A stretch of DNA of 64,000 nt from Candidatus Enterousia sp. (GTDB lineage Bacteria > Pseudomonadota > Alphaproteobacteria > Rs-D84). The DNA lies in NCBI GenBank assembly GCA_045613925.1, contig JAZLBV010000006.1, forward strand, positions 19,224 to 83,223, read 5' to 3'. The notes beneath the pieces are model-generated. The model ran no database searches and had not been told where the DNA came from. It saw nothing but the letters and a program-made list of their open reading frames with translations. A program made the translations under genes and the position numbers. Numbering within the stretch: the stretch's first letter is position 1; each line of letters starts with the position of its first letter. Shown here in pieces: positions 44,795 to 55,100 of this stretch.

Positions 44795-45544
44795 ATTTCT
44801 GCATATTAATGCGATATTTTTAGTCAGCACAGATTCTGTAGCGCTGCGTGAATTTAATATTACCGTGTTTTTTGTACCCGTTAAAAAACACGATGGTTCC
44901 CAATTATTACTTAACACCGACAATGATTTAAATATTGCATTACTGGTGTTGATATTGTCGCCGACTATGATATCTGCCAATTCCCCAGACAAATGTTTTT
45001 CAACGCGCACATCTTTGTCCAGCGCAACATCCAACTGTTCAATTCGTAATGTTCCTGCCGGAAAATCGTTGACGTGCGCATTATGCCACGAATGCAAAGT
45101 TGGAGATAATTTAGTATTTGTATCACCACCCGCAGAAATAAGAGATATAAACGGTGGACGCGCATAATCAAATATTTGAGAAAACAAAGATACTGCGTGT
45201 TCCACAATATGTGTTAACTGGTTTTCATCTGGCAATGGAATACATGCAGAATCTGTCAGAATAAACGGCGGACGTTTTCCCGACACATCACGAAATAAAG
45301 CACAATGTGTTAAATAAAATTTTTCACCGTTTGTTAGTTTTTTATTAATTGCGATAACACGCCGCAAAAAATCATCAGAATGAATATCGCATTTCATCAA
45401 AACATATTCGTCATCAGACGCCGGCAGTTCGTCCACATCTGGCGCGCGTTCCCAAGCAACTATATTAGGACATTCACGCATAGCGTTTTCTATGGCATTT
45501 TTATATTTTTCATTAACATTACCGAAACATAAAATTTTTTTCAT
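44792..45544 (-). CDS. divergent phosphate acetyl/butyryl-transferase (PTA_PTB) family protein
   Basis: LMKCDIHS, LTDSACIPLP, ISLISAGG and ADIIVGDNINTSNAIFKSL are colinear with the PTA_PTB conserved blocks, but several consensus residues differ. Confidence 0.4.
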   Translation of the reverse strand: MKKILCFGNVNEKYKNAIENAMRECPNIVAWERAPDVDELPASDDEYVLMKCDIHSDDFLRRVIAINKKLTNGEKFYLTHCALFRDVSGKRPPFILTDSACIPLPDENQLTHIVEHAVSLFSQIFDYARPPFISLISAGGDTNTKLSPTLHSWHNAHVNDFPAGTLRIEQLDVALDKDVRVEKHLSGELADIIVGDNINTSNAIFKSLSVLSNNWEPSCFLTGTKNTVILNSRSATESVLTKNIALICRN

Positions 45545-45614
45545 AAGTTATTTCCTGTGTTTGTATTTTTGTGAATACTAGCAAAACATAAATGTTTTTA
45601 TCAAATACTTTTTG

Positions 45615-45623
45615 TGATATAAT
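45615..45623 (+). promoter_or_regulatory. extended -10 promoter element (TGATATAAT)
   Basis: Lies within actttttGTGATATAAT, about 30 nt upstream of ldh. Confidence 0.45.
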
Positions 45624-45653
45624 TAATTCATAAATTTGTATAGGGAGAATTAA

Positions 45654-46583
45654 ATGAAAATCGCAATTATTGGTATTGGTTCTGTGGGTTCTGCAGTAGC
45701 GACCGCTGTTAAAAGTACAGGGTTGGCACATGAAATAGTTTTATACGACAGAGACGGTATGCGCGCACGCGCCGCAGCTGAAGATTTGGGACACGCATCT
45801 GCATTTTCATATGATATAAAAATCACCGCAGCAAGCAATTATCGCGCGGTTCGTGGTTCAGATATAGTTATTATCGCAGCGGGCGCAAATCAAAAACCTG
45901 GGGAAACTCGTATGGATTTATTACATAAAAACGCTCTTGTTATCCAAGACATTATCCCACGTGTTATGGAAGTTGTAGATACAAAGACTGTAAAAATCGT
46001 AGTTGTCACAAACCCTCTGGATGTGATGGTTATGTTGGCACAAAAATTATCAAAGTTGCCTGCATCGCGCGTCATAGGCACAGGAACTATGTTGGATTCT
46101 GCGCGATTCAAAATTATATTGTCGCGCCAACTTGGGATTTCTACACGTTCGATAACTTCATACGTGTTGGGTGAACACGGCGATTCATCCGTGGTTAATT
46201 GGTCATCTGTGTGCATCGGTGGCATAGGTCTGGATGATTTTTGCAAACAATCTAAAATCACTCTGCCTGCAACAACACGAAAGACAATTGAACATCGTGT
46301 AAAAAATGCAGCATATGAAATTATCCAAGGACGCGGCGCAACTTGGGACGGCATAGGCGCTGCAGTTGCAGATTTATTATATGCAATTATAAATGATGAA
46401 CGTCGCATATTGACAACATCTATCATTGATGGTATTGGCAAAAATGCGGTGGCTATGTCTTTGCCACGCGTTGTTGGAAATGCAGGTGTGTTAATGAATC
46501 TTAAATCTAAGATGAGTGCAGAAGAATCTGCAAACCTGCGCAAAAGCGGTAAAATCATCCGTCGCAATTTTGATTTAATTTAA
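45654..46583 (+). CDS. ldh: L-lactate dehydrogenase
   Basis: MKIAIIGIGSVGSA, GANQKPGETRMDLL (Gln at the LDH-specifying position), VVTNPLDV and LGEHGDS. Confidence 0.8.
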   Translation: MKIAIIGIGSVGSAVATAVKSTGLAHEIVLYDRDGMRARAAAEDLGHASAFSYDIKITAASNYRAVRGSDIVIIAAGANQKPGETRMDLLHKNALVIQDIIPRVMEVVDTKTVKIVVVTNPLDVMVMLAQKLSKLPASRVIGTGTMLDSARFKIILSRQLGISTRSITSYVLGEHGDSSVVNWSSVCIGGIGLDDFCKQSKITLPATTRKTIEHRVKNAAYEIIQGRGATWDGIGAAVADLLYAIINDERRILTTSIIDGIGKNAVAMSLPRVVGNAGVLMNLKSKMSAEESANLRKSGKIIRRNFDLI

Positions 46584-46618
46584 AAAGAAATCAATCTTAT
46601 AGTCAAAAAAATATCCTT

Positions 46619-46627
46619 TGGTATAGT
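46619..46627 (+). promoter_or_regulatory. extended -10-like promoter element (TGGTATAGT)
   Basis: About 30 nt upstream of the 46658 start. Confidence 0.35.
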
Positions 46628-46657
46628 CCTTTTGAAAGAACAGCCAAAGGATTTTTT

Positions 46658-46963
46658 ATGCAGAAACAAGACATAACTTTTAAAATTGCAGATGATGGCT
46701 GTAGAATATGTGCGATATGCCACGAAAAAGAAATTGGTAGTATTTTTTTTATCAAAATTGGTGTTGATAAAATTATGATTTCAGATGCCGAAATAGAACC
46801 AGATTATCAAAATGATAATGTTGAATTATACCTTATTGAAGAAATAATAAAAATAGCACGCAGTCAACACAGAAAAATTATGTCTATATGTCCATATATT
46901 TCCAATATATTCAAACAACATCCAGAATTTGATGACGTCCGATTATTAAACCAAGGACGATGA
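46658..46963 (+). CDS. small GNAT-like acetyltransferase (YjdJ-like)
   Basis: 101 aa. The C-terminal ICPYISNIFKQHPEFDDV resembles the YjdJ-type GNAT family. Confidence 0.5.
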   Translation: MQKQDITFKIADDGCRICAICHEKEIGSIFFIKIGVDKIMISDAEIEPDYQNDNVELYLIEEIIKIARSQHRKIMSICPYISNIFKQHPEFDDVRLLNQGR

Positions 46964-46983
46964 TGCCCGGCATAAAAAAAGTG

Positions 46984-47009
46984 CCGCCACAGAAAATTAT
47001 CTGTGGCGG
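46984..47009 (-). terminator. intrinsic terminator for the 47044 gene
   Basis: ccgccacag-aaaattat-ctgtggcgg hairpin with a minus-strand T-run. Confidence 0.65.
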
Positions 47010-47043
47010 GACTCCCTTCCTTCCGTTAATCACGGAAACTTTG

Positions 47044-47379
47044 TTATGCGGCCATACGGTTTGTAGATTTTTCTTCCGTTTCACCTGCATCCATAATCTT
47101 TTTAGCTTCAGCAAAAACCATTTCTTTAACTTTCTGTGCCAATACTGATGTATCCAAAGTTTCAGCTGCAACATCAAAATTATCTGTTCTTATTTGCAAA
47201 GAAACATACGCCCCAATAAGAGATGAACGTGACAAATCTTCAATAGAACGTGGCGCATTGTTTTTACCAATATGCAATTCATCGCTTAAAGAAACGATTT
47301 GGCGTTCGGCATTTACCCAAACAGTCGTAGTCAATACTTTGTTAAGGGCAATCATTATTTCTTTTATATTTTTTGGCAT
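47044..47379 (-). CDS. hypothetical protein
   Basis: 111-aa ORF with a GGGGGGA RBS and no recognised motif. Confidence 0.45.
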   Translation of the reverse strand: MPKNIKEIMIALNKVLTTTVWVNAERQIVSLSDELHIGKNNAPRSIEDLSRSSLIGAYVSLQIRTDNFDVAAETLDTSVLAQKVKEMVFAEAKKIMDAGETEEKSTNRMAA

Positions 47380-47672
47380 TCGGTCCCCCCTTTCAATTTA
47401 TTTTTGTATAAAAAATTCAATTTTTTTGTATTTACCAGTGTATTTACAATTTTTTATTTTGAACTTTTTAGTTTTTTTATTTTTTTCCAGAATTCCAATT
47501 TTATTTGGTTTTCTGCTGTTTTACTATATCCTTTCCCTTGTCTATACAAACATCTTAGAACAAAAACGAATCGCACGTCAAGCAGAAATTTTATTTACTA
47601 TAAAAATATTTTTAAAATTACAGTTTTTATATCAAAAACCACAAAATACCACAAATTAACAACAACTTGTCA

Positions 47673-47701
47673 TTGACAACCATAAAAGACTGTGCTAGAT
47701 T
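47673..47701 (+). promoter_or_regulatory. mraZ promoter (sigma70 -35/-10)
   Basis: TTGACA, a 17-nt spacer, then TAGATT preceded by TGc. Confidence 0.55.
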
Positions 47702-47704
47702 CAC

Positions 47705-47718
47705 GAACGAAGAACGAA
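47705..47718 (+). promoter_or_regulatory. tandem heptamer GAACGAA-GAACGAA just downstream of the mraZ promoter (possible operator)
   Basis: Two exact adjacent copies at the predicted transcription start region. Confidence 0.3.
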
Positions 47719-47750
47719 AACAACACAAAAAATCAAAAAGAATAATCACA

Positions 47751-48200
47751 ATGGGTTTATTTCTTTCTTGTTATGAAAATCGTTTGGATACCAAGGGACG
47801 TATTTCTGTACCTGTCGCTTTTCGTTCTTCATTAAATAATGAAAATTTTGCAGGCGTGGTTTTATATCGTTCTTTCACCCATAATTGTATCGAAGGCCTA
47901 TCTATGTCCCGCATGGAAAAAATAGCAACAGCAACCGATCAAATGGGAATTTTCGATGGTGATTTGGATGATGTTAGCGCACTTGTATTTGCAGATGCGC
48001 GCCCATTAGCATTTGATGTAACCGGCCGAATTGTCATACCTGATGATTTATTAAAACACGCAAATATAACCGAACGCGCACTTTTCGTTGGGCGCGGAAA
48101 CAGTTTTCAAATTTGGAATCCTGATGATTTTTCAGCTATTCAAAAAACATCATTGAATAAATTAAAACAAATTCGTCCATCTATAAAAATTAACGTATAG
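47751..48200 (+). CDS. mraZ: transcriptional regulator MraZ
   Basis: MGLFLSCYENRLDTKGRISVPVAFR and a second repeat with DVTGRIVIPDDLL ... FQIWNP. Confidence 0.85.
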   Translation: MGLFLSCYENRLDTKGRISVPVAFRSSLNNENFAGVVLYRSFTHNCIEGLSMSRMEKIATATDQMGIFDGDLDDVSALVFADARPLAFDVTGRIVIPDDLLKHANITERALFVGRGNSFQIWNPDDFSAIQKTSLNKLKQIRPSIKINV

Positions 48201-48236
48201 TTTACCCTTTTTGTGCTTGTAAAAAAATCCACTTTG

Positions 48237-48245
48237 TGATAAAAT
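48237..48245 (+). promoter_or_regulatory. extended -10-like promoter element (TGATAAAAT)
   Basis: About 30 nt upstream of the 48274 start. Confidence 0.35.
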
Positions 48246-48273
48246 TAAATCAATAAGGAAGGATGATTTTACA

Positions 48274-50664
48274 ATGAAAAGATTTATTGCTGTATTAAGT
48301 AGTTTGTTAGTGTTGCCCGCTTTTGCAGAGGTTGCACCGGTATATTACGAAGAAATCGTCGAATATACTGATGATATGATTGATGCGATTGATACAAAAA
48401 ACGCGGATGAAACACCTGTTGAACAAACACAAAAAACTGTTGCACCGCGCACAACGACGATTAATCGTTCAACATCGCGCGCAGTGTCTACGGCAACTGC
48501 TAATAATCAACAACGTTCTAATACTTCCACGCGCGCAACCGCTTCATCACAGCGGAATGCTCAGAAAGTAAGTCGTTCTACCGTGTCTCGCAATACGAAA
48601 AATGCTGCAACCGCTACAAATGTTCAACCACGTAATGTTTCGCGTTCTGTGGCTACATCCAGAACAACCCAGGCAACAAAACCAACGACTGCACGTGTTA
48701 GCGTAAATAATTCTACAGTTGCTGCTGTACGTAATACAAACACGTATGGTTCATCGTCTCCTGTGACGGTTTTGGAAGATTCTGGTTTACCAATATACAA
48801 TTCTAATACGGCGGGAAATGTAGAAACCGCACGTATTGGTGTGGGCAGTCGCCGTTCAACCGCGCGCATATCGACTCCGGCGATAACAACACCTGTAATA
48901 ACAGAAGAAGACATTTCTTCAACTACGTCGAATTTATCTGCTCTTGCTGAATTGACCGATTATTGCAAGGCACAATATGCAGCCTGTATGGATAATTATT
49001 GTAATGTTTTGGACGATAACCAGGGCAGATGTTCTTGTTCTAAAAACCTTAAAAATTATGAAAAAACAGAACAAGCATTGGCAACTGCGACGGAAGAATT
49101 CAAAGACGTTGTTCAAAAAATCAAATATATTGGTTTGACCGGCGACCAGGTAAGTGCCTTGTTCGCTGAAACAGAAGCTGAATTAACAATGAAATCCAAA
49201 ACAGATTCTTCACAGATAAAGAATAGTTTGGATAACATAAAAAAACAGATTATTGATGCATCAGCACCGACGTCGTCTATAAGTTCAAATAATATATCTA
49301 TGGATTTGACAGGGTTATTGAATGCTGATTTCACATCTAATTTCGATTTAAGTGAATTTTTAGGCAGTTGGGCCACTACAGGCAGCACTGCTAATAATGT
49401 TTCAAATCAACGTGGTGAAACTTTGTACAAGACAGCTATGCAACGTTGCAAGGTTTCGGTGTTGAATTCCTGTACTGCCCAGGGTATTGATGCAAACCTT
49501 ATTACAAATTCCTATGATTTAGAGATTGATAAACAGTGCATAATTTATGAACGCAATCTTAATGAAGCTAACTCTGAAATGAGAAGCAATGTCGCAAACG
49601 CTTCGACAATTTTACAACAAGCACGTTTGCTTTTGATGCAAAACAAAAATTCGTATGATTTACGCAGCTGTGTTGCAGCGATTGATGCCTGTATGCAGGA
49701 TGAATATGTTTGCGGTTCTGATTATGAATTATGTTTGGACCCGACCGGAAAATATCTATCAGGTGGTGAAATTGTCAAAGGTGGAACACCGGGGGTTTCT
49801 GGTGGTTGGGTTGCAAATCGCGACGATATTACGCAAACGAACATAAATACTTGGACAAGTAAGGGTATGTATGAATTATATGCAACCTGGAATTATGATG
49901 AAGATGGGCTTTCTGCAACACCGGGTAATTCGGGTACGTTGAATGCGTGGGGTGGTGGCCGCGATGAAAACTTGGGTGCATATATTGACAAGGCTTTGGC
50001 AAATTGGAAAACAAATTACACAAAATCCATTGTATCAAATGATATGGCAACCTATATCTTACAAAAGGTTGGATATATCGACAGAGATGACAAAGTTCAC
50101 GGTATGTGCGCATCTATTATGAAACAATGCCAGGATTACACATTTGAAGATGGTGCCAAAGCAACCAGAAACAAAAGATATAAACCAGACAGTGAAGTTG
50201 TTCGTCAGTATTTGGCATCTGCATTAACAAAAATCAAATTGCAGCAAGATTCGATTTTATCTGATTATGCAGAAGGTTGCCGCAGTGATGTGTCGTCTTG
50301 TTTATCTACAAATGGCTATGATGAAACAAATACGACAACTACTGCATCAACGACAGCTGTTAATGCGTGTCGCGCAGAAATTGCAACTTGTATGTCAGTT
50401 GGTGGGTACAAGCCATCTGATTCTTCGAACTTAACATTACGTGTAATGCGTGATTGGGTTGATAGTATGTTAAGAACTTGCCCGGTGAATTATTACCTGA
50501 ATGATACCGGAACGGGTTCTGTATCGTGCCAGTCGTGCCCGACATTGGGTGGTGTTCAAACAGAATCTGCCGGTGGCCAGGTGACCAGATGCTCATGTCC
50601 AGACGGGTATTCGGATGTGACGGATTCTTCTGGTAATCTGACAAGTTGCCGCCGCAATAGTTAA
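48274..50664 (+). CDS. large secreted protein: Thr/Ser/Arg/Asn-rich disordered N-terminal region plus Cys-rich C-terminal region
   Basis: Signal peptide MKRFIAVLSSLLVLPAFA. About 200 aa of low complexity. Many paired cysteines (CKAQYAACMDNYCNVLDDNQGRCSC ... CQSCPTLGG ... CSCPDGY). Confidence 0.6.
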   Translation: MKRFIAVLSSLLVLPAFAEVAPVYYEEIVEYTDDMIDAIDTKNADETPVEQTQKTVAPRTTTINRSTSRAVSTATANNQQRSNTSTRATASSQRNAQKVSRSTVSRNTKNAATATNVQPRNVSRSVATSRTTQATKPTTARVSVNNSTVAAVRNTNTYGSSSPVTVLEDSGLPIYNSNTAGNVETARIGVGSRRSTARISTPAITTPVITEEDISSTTSNLSALAELTDYCKAQYAACMDNYCNVLDDNQGRCSCSKNLKNYEKTEQALATATEEFKDVVQKIKYIGLTGDQVSALFAETEAELTMKSKTDSSQIKNSLDNIKKQIIDASAPTSSISSNNISMDLTGLLNADFTSNFDLSEFLGSWATTGSTANNVSNQRGETLYKTAMQRCKVSVLNSCTAQGIDANLITNSYDLEIDKQCIIYERNLNEANSEMRSNVANASTILQQARLLLMQNKNSYDLRSCVAAIDACMQDEYVCGSDYELCLDPTGKYLSGGEIVKGGTPGVSGGWVANRDDITQTNINTWTSKGMYELYATWNYDEDGLSATPGNSGTLNAWGGGRDENLGAYIDKALANWKTNYTKSIVSNDMATYILQKVGYIDRDDKVHGMCASIMKQCQDYTFEDGAKATRNKRYKPDSEVVRQYLASALTKIKLQQDSILSDYAEGCRSDVSSCLSTNGYDETNTTTTASTTAVNACRAEIATCMSVGGYKPSDSSNLTLRVMRDWVDSMLRTCPVNYYLNDTGTGSVSCQSCPTLGGVQTESAGGQVTRCSCPDGYSDVTDSSGNLTSCRRNS

Positions 50665-50674
50665 CATAACAAAC

Positions 50675-50700
50675 AACCGCCCAATCGGGCGGTTTATTTT
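50675..50700. terminator. bidirectional intrinsic terminator
   Basis: aaccgccc-aatc-gggcggtt hairpin followed by a T-run, between convergent genes. Confidence 0.7.
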
Positions 50701-50728
50701 TCTGTTTCGAAAATTTATTTTATTAATT

Positions 50729-51802
50729 TTATTCCGCTGTTTCCGGGGATTTTAATTCTTTCTTGATATTGGCCAATGCGTTTGTACGCTCGCGGATTTT
50801 GCCGTAAAAATCAGAACGTGATAAATTCGCCGCATATTCTAACGCGTGCGACCAAGCCAGCGCATCAGAATTACCGTGCGTTTTTATCGAAAACCCATTA
50901 AGACCTAAAAATACAGCCCCTGCATAAGAACGTGGGTCTATTTTATGTTTCAATCTTTTGAACAAATGAATAAGGAAAAACGTTCCTAAAATAGCCAGCA
51001 TAGAGCGTTTATAATTTGCCTTTACAATGCGTGAAATCATTTTGGCGGTACCTTCGACCGTTTTTAACATAACATTGCCTGTAAAGCCATCTGTGACAAC
51101 AACCTGGACATTACCAGCCGTAACATCGTTTCCTTCTACAAATCCGATATATTCATACGGTAATTCGCCCACGTGGTCGGTTAACACTTTATTCAATCGT
51201 TGCAGTGTTTCGCTGCCCTTGGTTTCTTCTTCGCCGATATTCAAAATGCCAACGCGGGGGCGTTTCATTCCACCGATAATTTCTGCATAAACACTGCCTA
51301 AGATAGAGAAATCAAATAAAATCTCTTCATCACATTGGACGTTGGCACCCAAATCCAAACCAACTACGCGTGTGTCGCCATTTCCAGACGGCAACATAGT
51401 CGTTATTGCAGGACGTGATATACCATCAACCGTTTTCAATGCTAATTTTGACAATGCCATTAATACACCTGTATTCCCAGCAGAAACAATCGCGGAAGAG
51501 TTGCCTTCGCGAACGTCTTTAATCGCCATATACATTGATGTGTCTTGTGCGTGTCGAATAACATCGCGAACTTTGTCAGCACTTGATATTTTTCCAGCGC
51601 AATGGATGATTTCACAATTACGTGCAACACGCGGAAATTTCTTTAAAAGTGGACGTAAAATTTCTTCGTTCCCAAAAACGCGAAAAAACACCGTGTCTTC
51701 ACCATATTGGTAAAGAAACTGGTTCATACCGCCCAACACAGCACCAGGCGCGTGATCACCGCCCATTGCATCTATGGAAATAAATCTTTTTTGTTGCGAC
51801 AT
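50729..51802 (-). CDS. plsX: phosphate acyltransferase PlsX
   Basis: ISIDAMGGDHAPGAV ... GFVEGNDV ... VVTDGFTGNVMLKT. Confidence 0.9.
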   Translation of the reverse strand: MSQQKRFISIDAMGGDHAPGAVLGGMNQFLYQYGEDTVFFRVFGNEEILRPLLKKFPRVARNCEIIHCAGKISSADKVRDVIRHAQDTSMYMAIKDVREGNSSAIVSAGNTGVLMALSKLALKTVDGISRPAITTMLPSGNGDTRVVGLDLGANVQCDEEILFDFSILGSVYAEIIGGMKRPRVGILNIGEEETKGSETLQRLNKVLTDHVGELPYEYIGFVEGNDVTAGNVQVVVTDGFTGNVMLKTVEGTAKMISRIVKANYKRSMLAILGTFFLIHLFKRLKHKIDPRSYAGAVFLGLNGFSIKTHGNSDALAWSHALEYAANLSRSDFYGKIRERTNALANIKKELKSPETAE

Positions 51803-51870
51803 CTTTACAATACAAAGGGGGGCTTTGGATAAAAAATCCGCGCCCCCTTAATCCCTTTTAAATAACAAGA

Positions 51871-52020
51871 TTATTTTGAACCGCACGCAGGGCAAATATG
51901 ATGCGGACGTTTCTTTTCGCCACATTTTTTGCACACACCCACTGGCATAGCAGACAACGCATCGTGTGAACGACGTTGTGCAGAACGTGCTTTGCTTGTT
52001 TTACTTCTTGGAACTGCCAT
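51871..52020 (-). CDS. rpmF: 50S ribosomal protein L32 (49 aa, below the ORF-track cut-off)
   Basis: My translation is MAVPRSKTSKARSAQRRSHDALSAMPVGVCKKCGEKKRPHHICPACGSK. It lies upstream of plsX, as is typical. Confidence 0.9.
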   Translation of the reverse strand: MAVPRSKTSKARSAQRRSHDALSAMPVGVCKKCGEKKRPHHICPACGSK

Positions 52021-52157
52021 TTTACAATCCTTTTTATTTAACGGTCTTTTATTCTAGTCAAATATTACTTATTTGCAAGTAAAAAATTACCTGACTTACA
52101 ATCAATGCCCGGCATTTGTAGCAACAAAGTACCGGGCATTTGATAGTTTATACATTG

Positions 52158-55100
52158 TTAAATATCTAACAATTGTTGTTGATTGCCACCTTCACGAGCC
52201 AATTTTTCAGCCTGTTCTTCTTCTTTGGCAATTTCACGGACACGACGAACATATGCACCTGTTCCAATCGGTATCAAACGACCAACAACTAAGTTTTCAT
52301 TAACACCTATTAATTTATCTGTCGAACCACTTATTGCAGCATCAACCAAAACTTTTGTTGTTTGTTGGAACGCTGCATTTGATATGAACGAACGAGATGT
52401 CAATGACGCACGTGTTAAACCAACCAAAACCTGGGTAGCTTGGGCAATTTTTCCGCCATCACGCGCAACACGTGCATTTTCTTCTTCGAAATCGACACGA
52501 TCAACAACAGAACCGCTGATAAAACAAGTATCACCTGGATCGCTGATTTCAACACGACGAGTCATCTCACGTATCAAAATTTCGATATGTTTATCATTGA
52601 TGGACACACCCTGCAAACGATAAACTTGTTGCACTTGTTCCACCATAAATTGCGCCAATGCTTTTTGACCCAATATACGCAAAATGTCTTGCGGCACTGG
52701 ATCTCCGTCGACCAATTTATCAGCTTTGTGAACCACATCCCCGCTGCGAACTAACAAATTAGTTCCCTTTGGTACAGCGTATTCCACAGGCGCAGACCCG
52801 TCTGTTGGTTCAATACGGATGATGATTTTAGATTTTGCATCTTCCAAATCAATCGTTCCGTCAATTTCTGCCAACAATGCAGGATTTGCAGGACGACGAA
52901 TTTCAAGCAATTCTTCAACACGTGGAAGCCCCCCGGTAATATCGCCTGTCTTCTTGGTTTGCACAGGAATACGCGCCAAAATATCACCTGCAGATATTTT
53001 ATCACCATTTGACACATTTAAGGTCGAATATGTCGGCAACAAATATTCTGCTATCTTTTTGCCACCCAAAGAAATCACATTTCCTTTGTCATCAACCAAA
53101 CGGATAGATGGGCTTAAAGCCTTTTTGGTATTTGTTTTCCAATTAATAACTTTGCGGGAAACAATACCAGTCATAGAATCGACTTCTTCTTGGTAAGAAA
53201 CATTTTCAATCAAATCGTTGAACGAAACGATACCGTCTTTTTCAGCGATAATTGTATTTGAATATGGATCCCATTCTGCAACTTTTTGTCCCTTTTCAAC
53301 CTTGTCGCCTTCGTTAACAACCAACATAGACGCATAAGGCAATGCACAACTAAATTGTTCTTTACCATCTTTGTTAACAACTGCGATTTTTCCATTACGT
53401 GATAAAACAACTACACGACCAGCAGAATTCGTAATTGTGTTAACATTTTCTAATTTGATTGTTCCTGCAACAGGCATTTCAATAAAGTGAGATTCAGAAC
53501 CACCTTCTGCAATACCACCAATATGGAAGGTACGCAATGTCAACTGAGTTCCAGGTTCACCAATTGATTGTCCAGCAATTAATCCAACCGGTTCCCCAAC
53601 GTGTACTAATGCGTTTCTGGACAAATCCATACCATAACATTTTGCACACAAACCATCACTCTGACACGTCAATACACTGCGTACATCTACGCTTGGCAAT
53701 CCAGATTCATTGATTTGTTTTGCAGCAGATTTAGTAATTAAATCACCCGCTTTTACAATAACATCTTTGGTCAAAGGATGTACAATGTCGTGTGCCGCAG
53801 TACGTCCCAACACAACATCACCCAATGGAACAGTTAGTGTAGAACCCTGGTACACAGGTTTCGCAGTAATAAATTCATGCGTTCCACAATCATGTTCTGT
53901 GATAACTGTGTTAAGTGCCAAATCAACCAAACGACGTGTCAAATAACCAGCAGACGCTGTTTTCAAAGCCGTATCCGACATACCTTTACGTGCACCGTGG
54001 GTTGATGTAAAGTATTCAGACATTGTAAGACCTTCTTTGAAGTTCGAAATAATAGGAACTTCGATAATAGAACCGTCTGGTTTCTGCATCATACCACGCA
54101 TACCTGCCAACTGCTGAATCTGACCTTTGGATCCACGGGCACCCGACAAAGCCATCATATGAATTGAATTCCAATTATCGCCAGTCGTATTACCCAACGA
54201 AGCGTACGCTTTATCACCCAATTCATCAGTTGTATGTTGCCACAAATCAATCAATTTGTTATGACGTTCACCACTGGATAACAAACCGTTTTGATATTGA
54301 CTTTCGATTTCTGCCGCAGCTTTTTCAGATTTTTCAATCATTGCTTCTTTGTCGCTTGGAACAACAATATCGTCGAATCCGATTGAAATACCACTGCGCA
54401 CAGCTTGTTCAAAACCAGTATCTTTCAATGCATCAGCCAACAAAATCATAGCTTTGTCGCCACACGCTTCATAGGTCGCAGCCAACAATTTTTTGATTTC
54501 TTTAACAGGCATTACTTTGTTCACAGAATCAAATGGCATACCATCAGGCAATAATTCGCCCAACATCATACGACCTGCGGTTGTTGCGTATTTTTGACCT
54601 TTGACACGCGCATAAATTGGTGTGTGTAATGTGATAGTCTTGTTTTCCAACGCAAGCATCACTTCATCCATATTTGCAAATCTTGGTGATTTCTTTTCGT
54701 CGTGTTCACCATTTATCAAAGAAATGTAGTAAACACCCAAAACCATATCTTGTGATGGAACAGTCATAGGTTCACCATTAGCAGGCGATAACACATTGTT
54801 TGTCGACAACATTAATGTACGCGCTTCCAATTGTGCTTCTAAGGAAATTGGCACATGCACAGACATCTGATCGCCGTCAAAGTCCGCATTGAATCCTTTG
54901 CAGACCAACGGGTGCAGACGAATTGCTTTGCCTTCTATCAAAACAGGTTCAAAAGCAATCAATGACAATCTATGCAAAGTTGGTGCACGGTTCAACAACA
55001 CAGGGTGTTGATAGATAACCTTTTCCAAAATTTCCCAAACAATATCTTCACCGTTTTCAACCATCTTACGCGCAGTTTTCAATGTATTTGCGTAATCACC

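Noticed and set aside
47258-47676. Two overlapping Phe/Leu/Ile-rich ORFs (133 and 125 aa) in the AT/T-rich intergenic region upstream of mraZ.
   Set aside because: Their translations are low-complexity products of T-tracts, and they have no RBS. The region is better read as a long AT-rich regulatory spacer containing the mraZ promoter.
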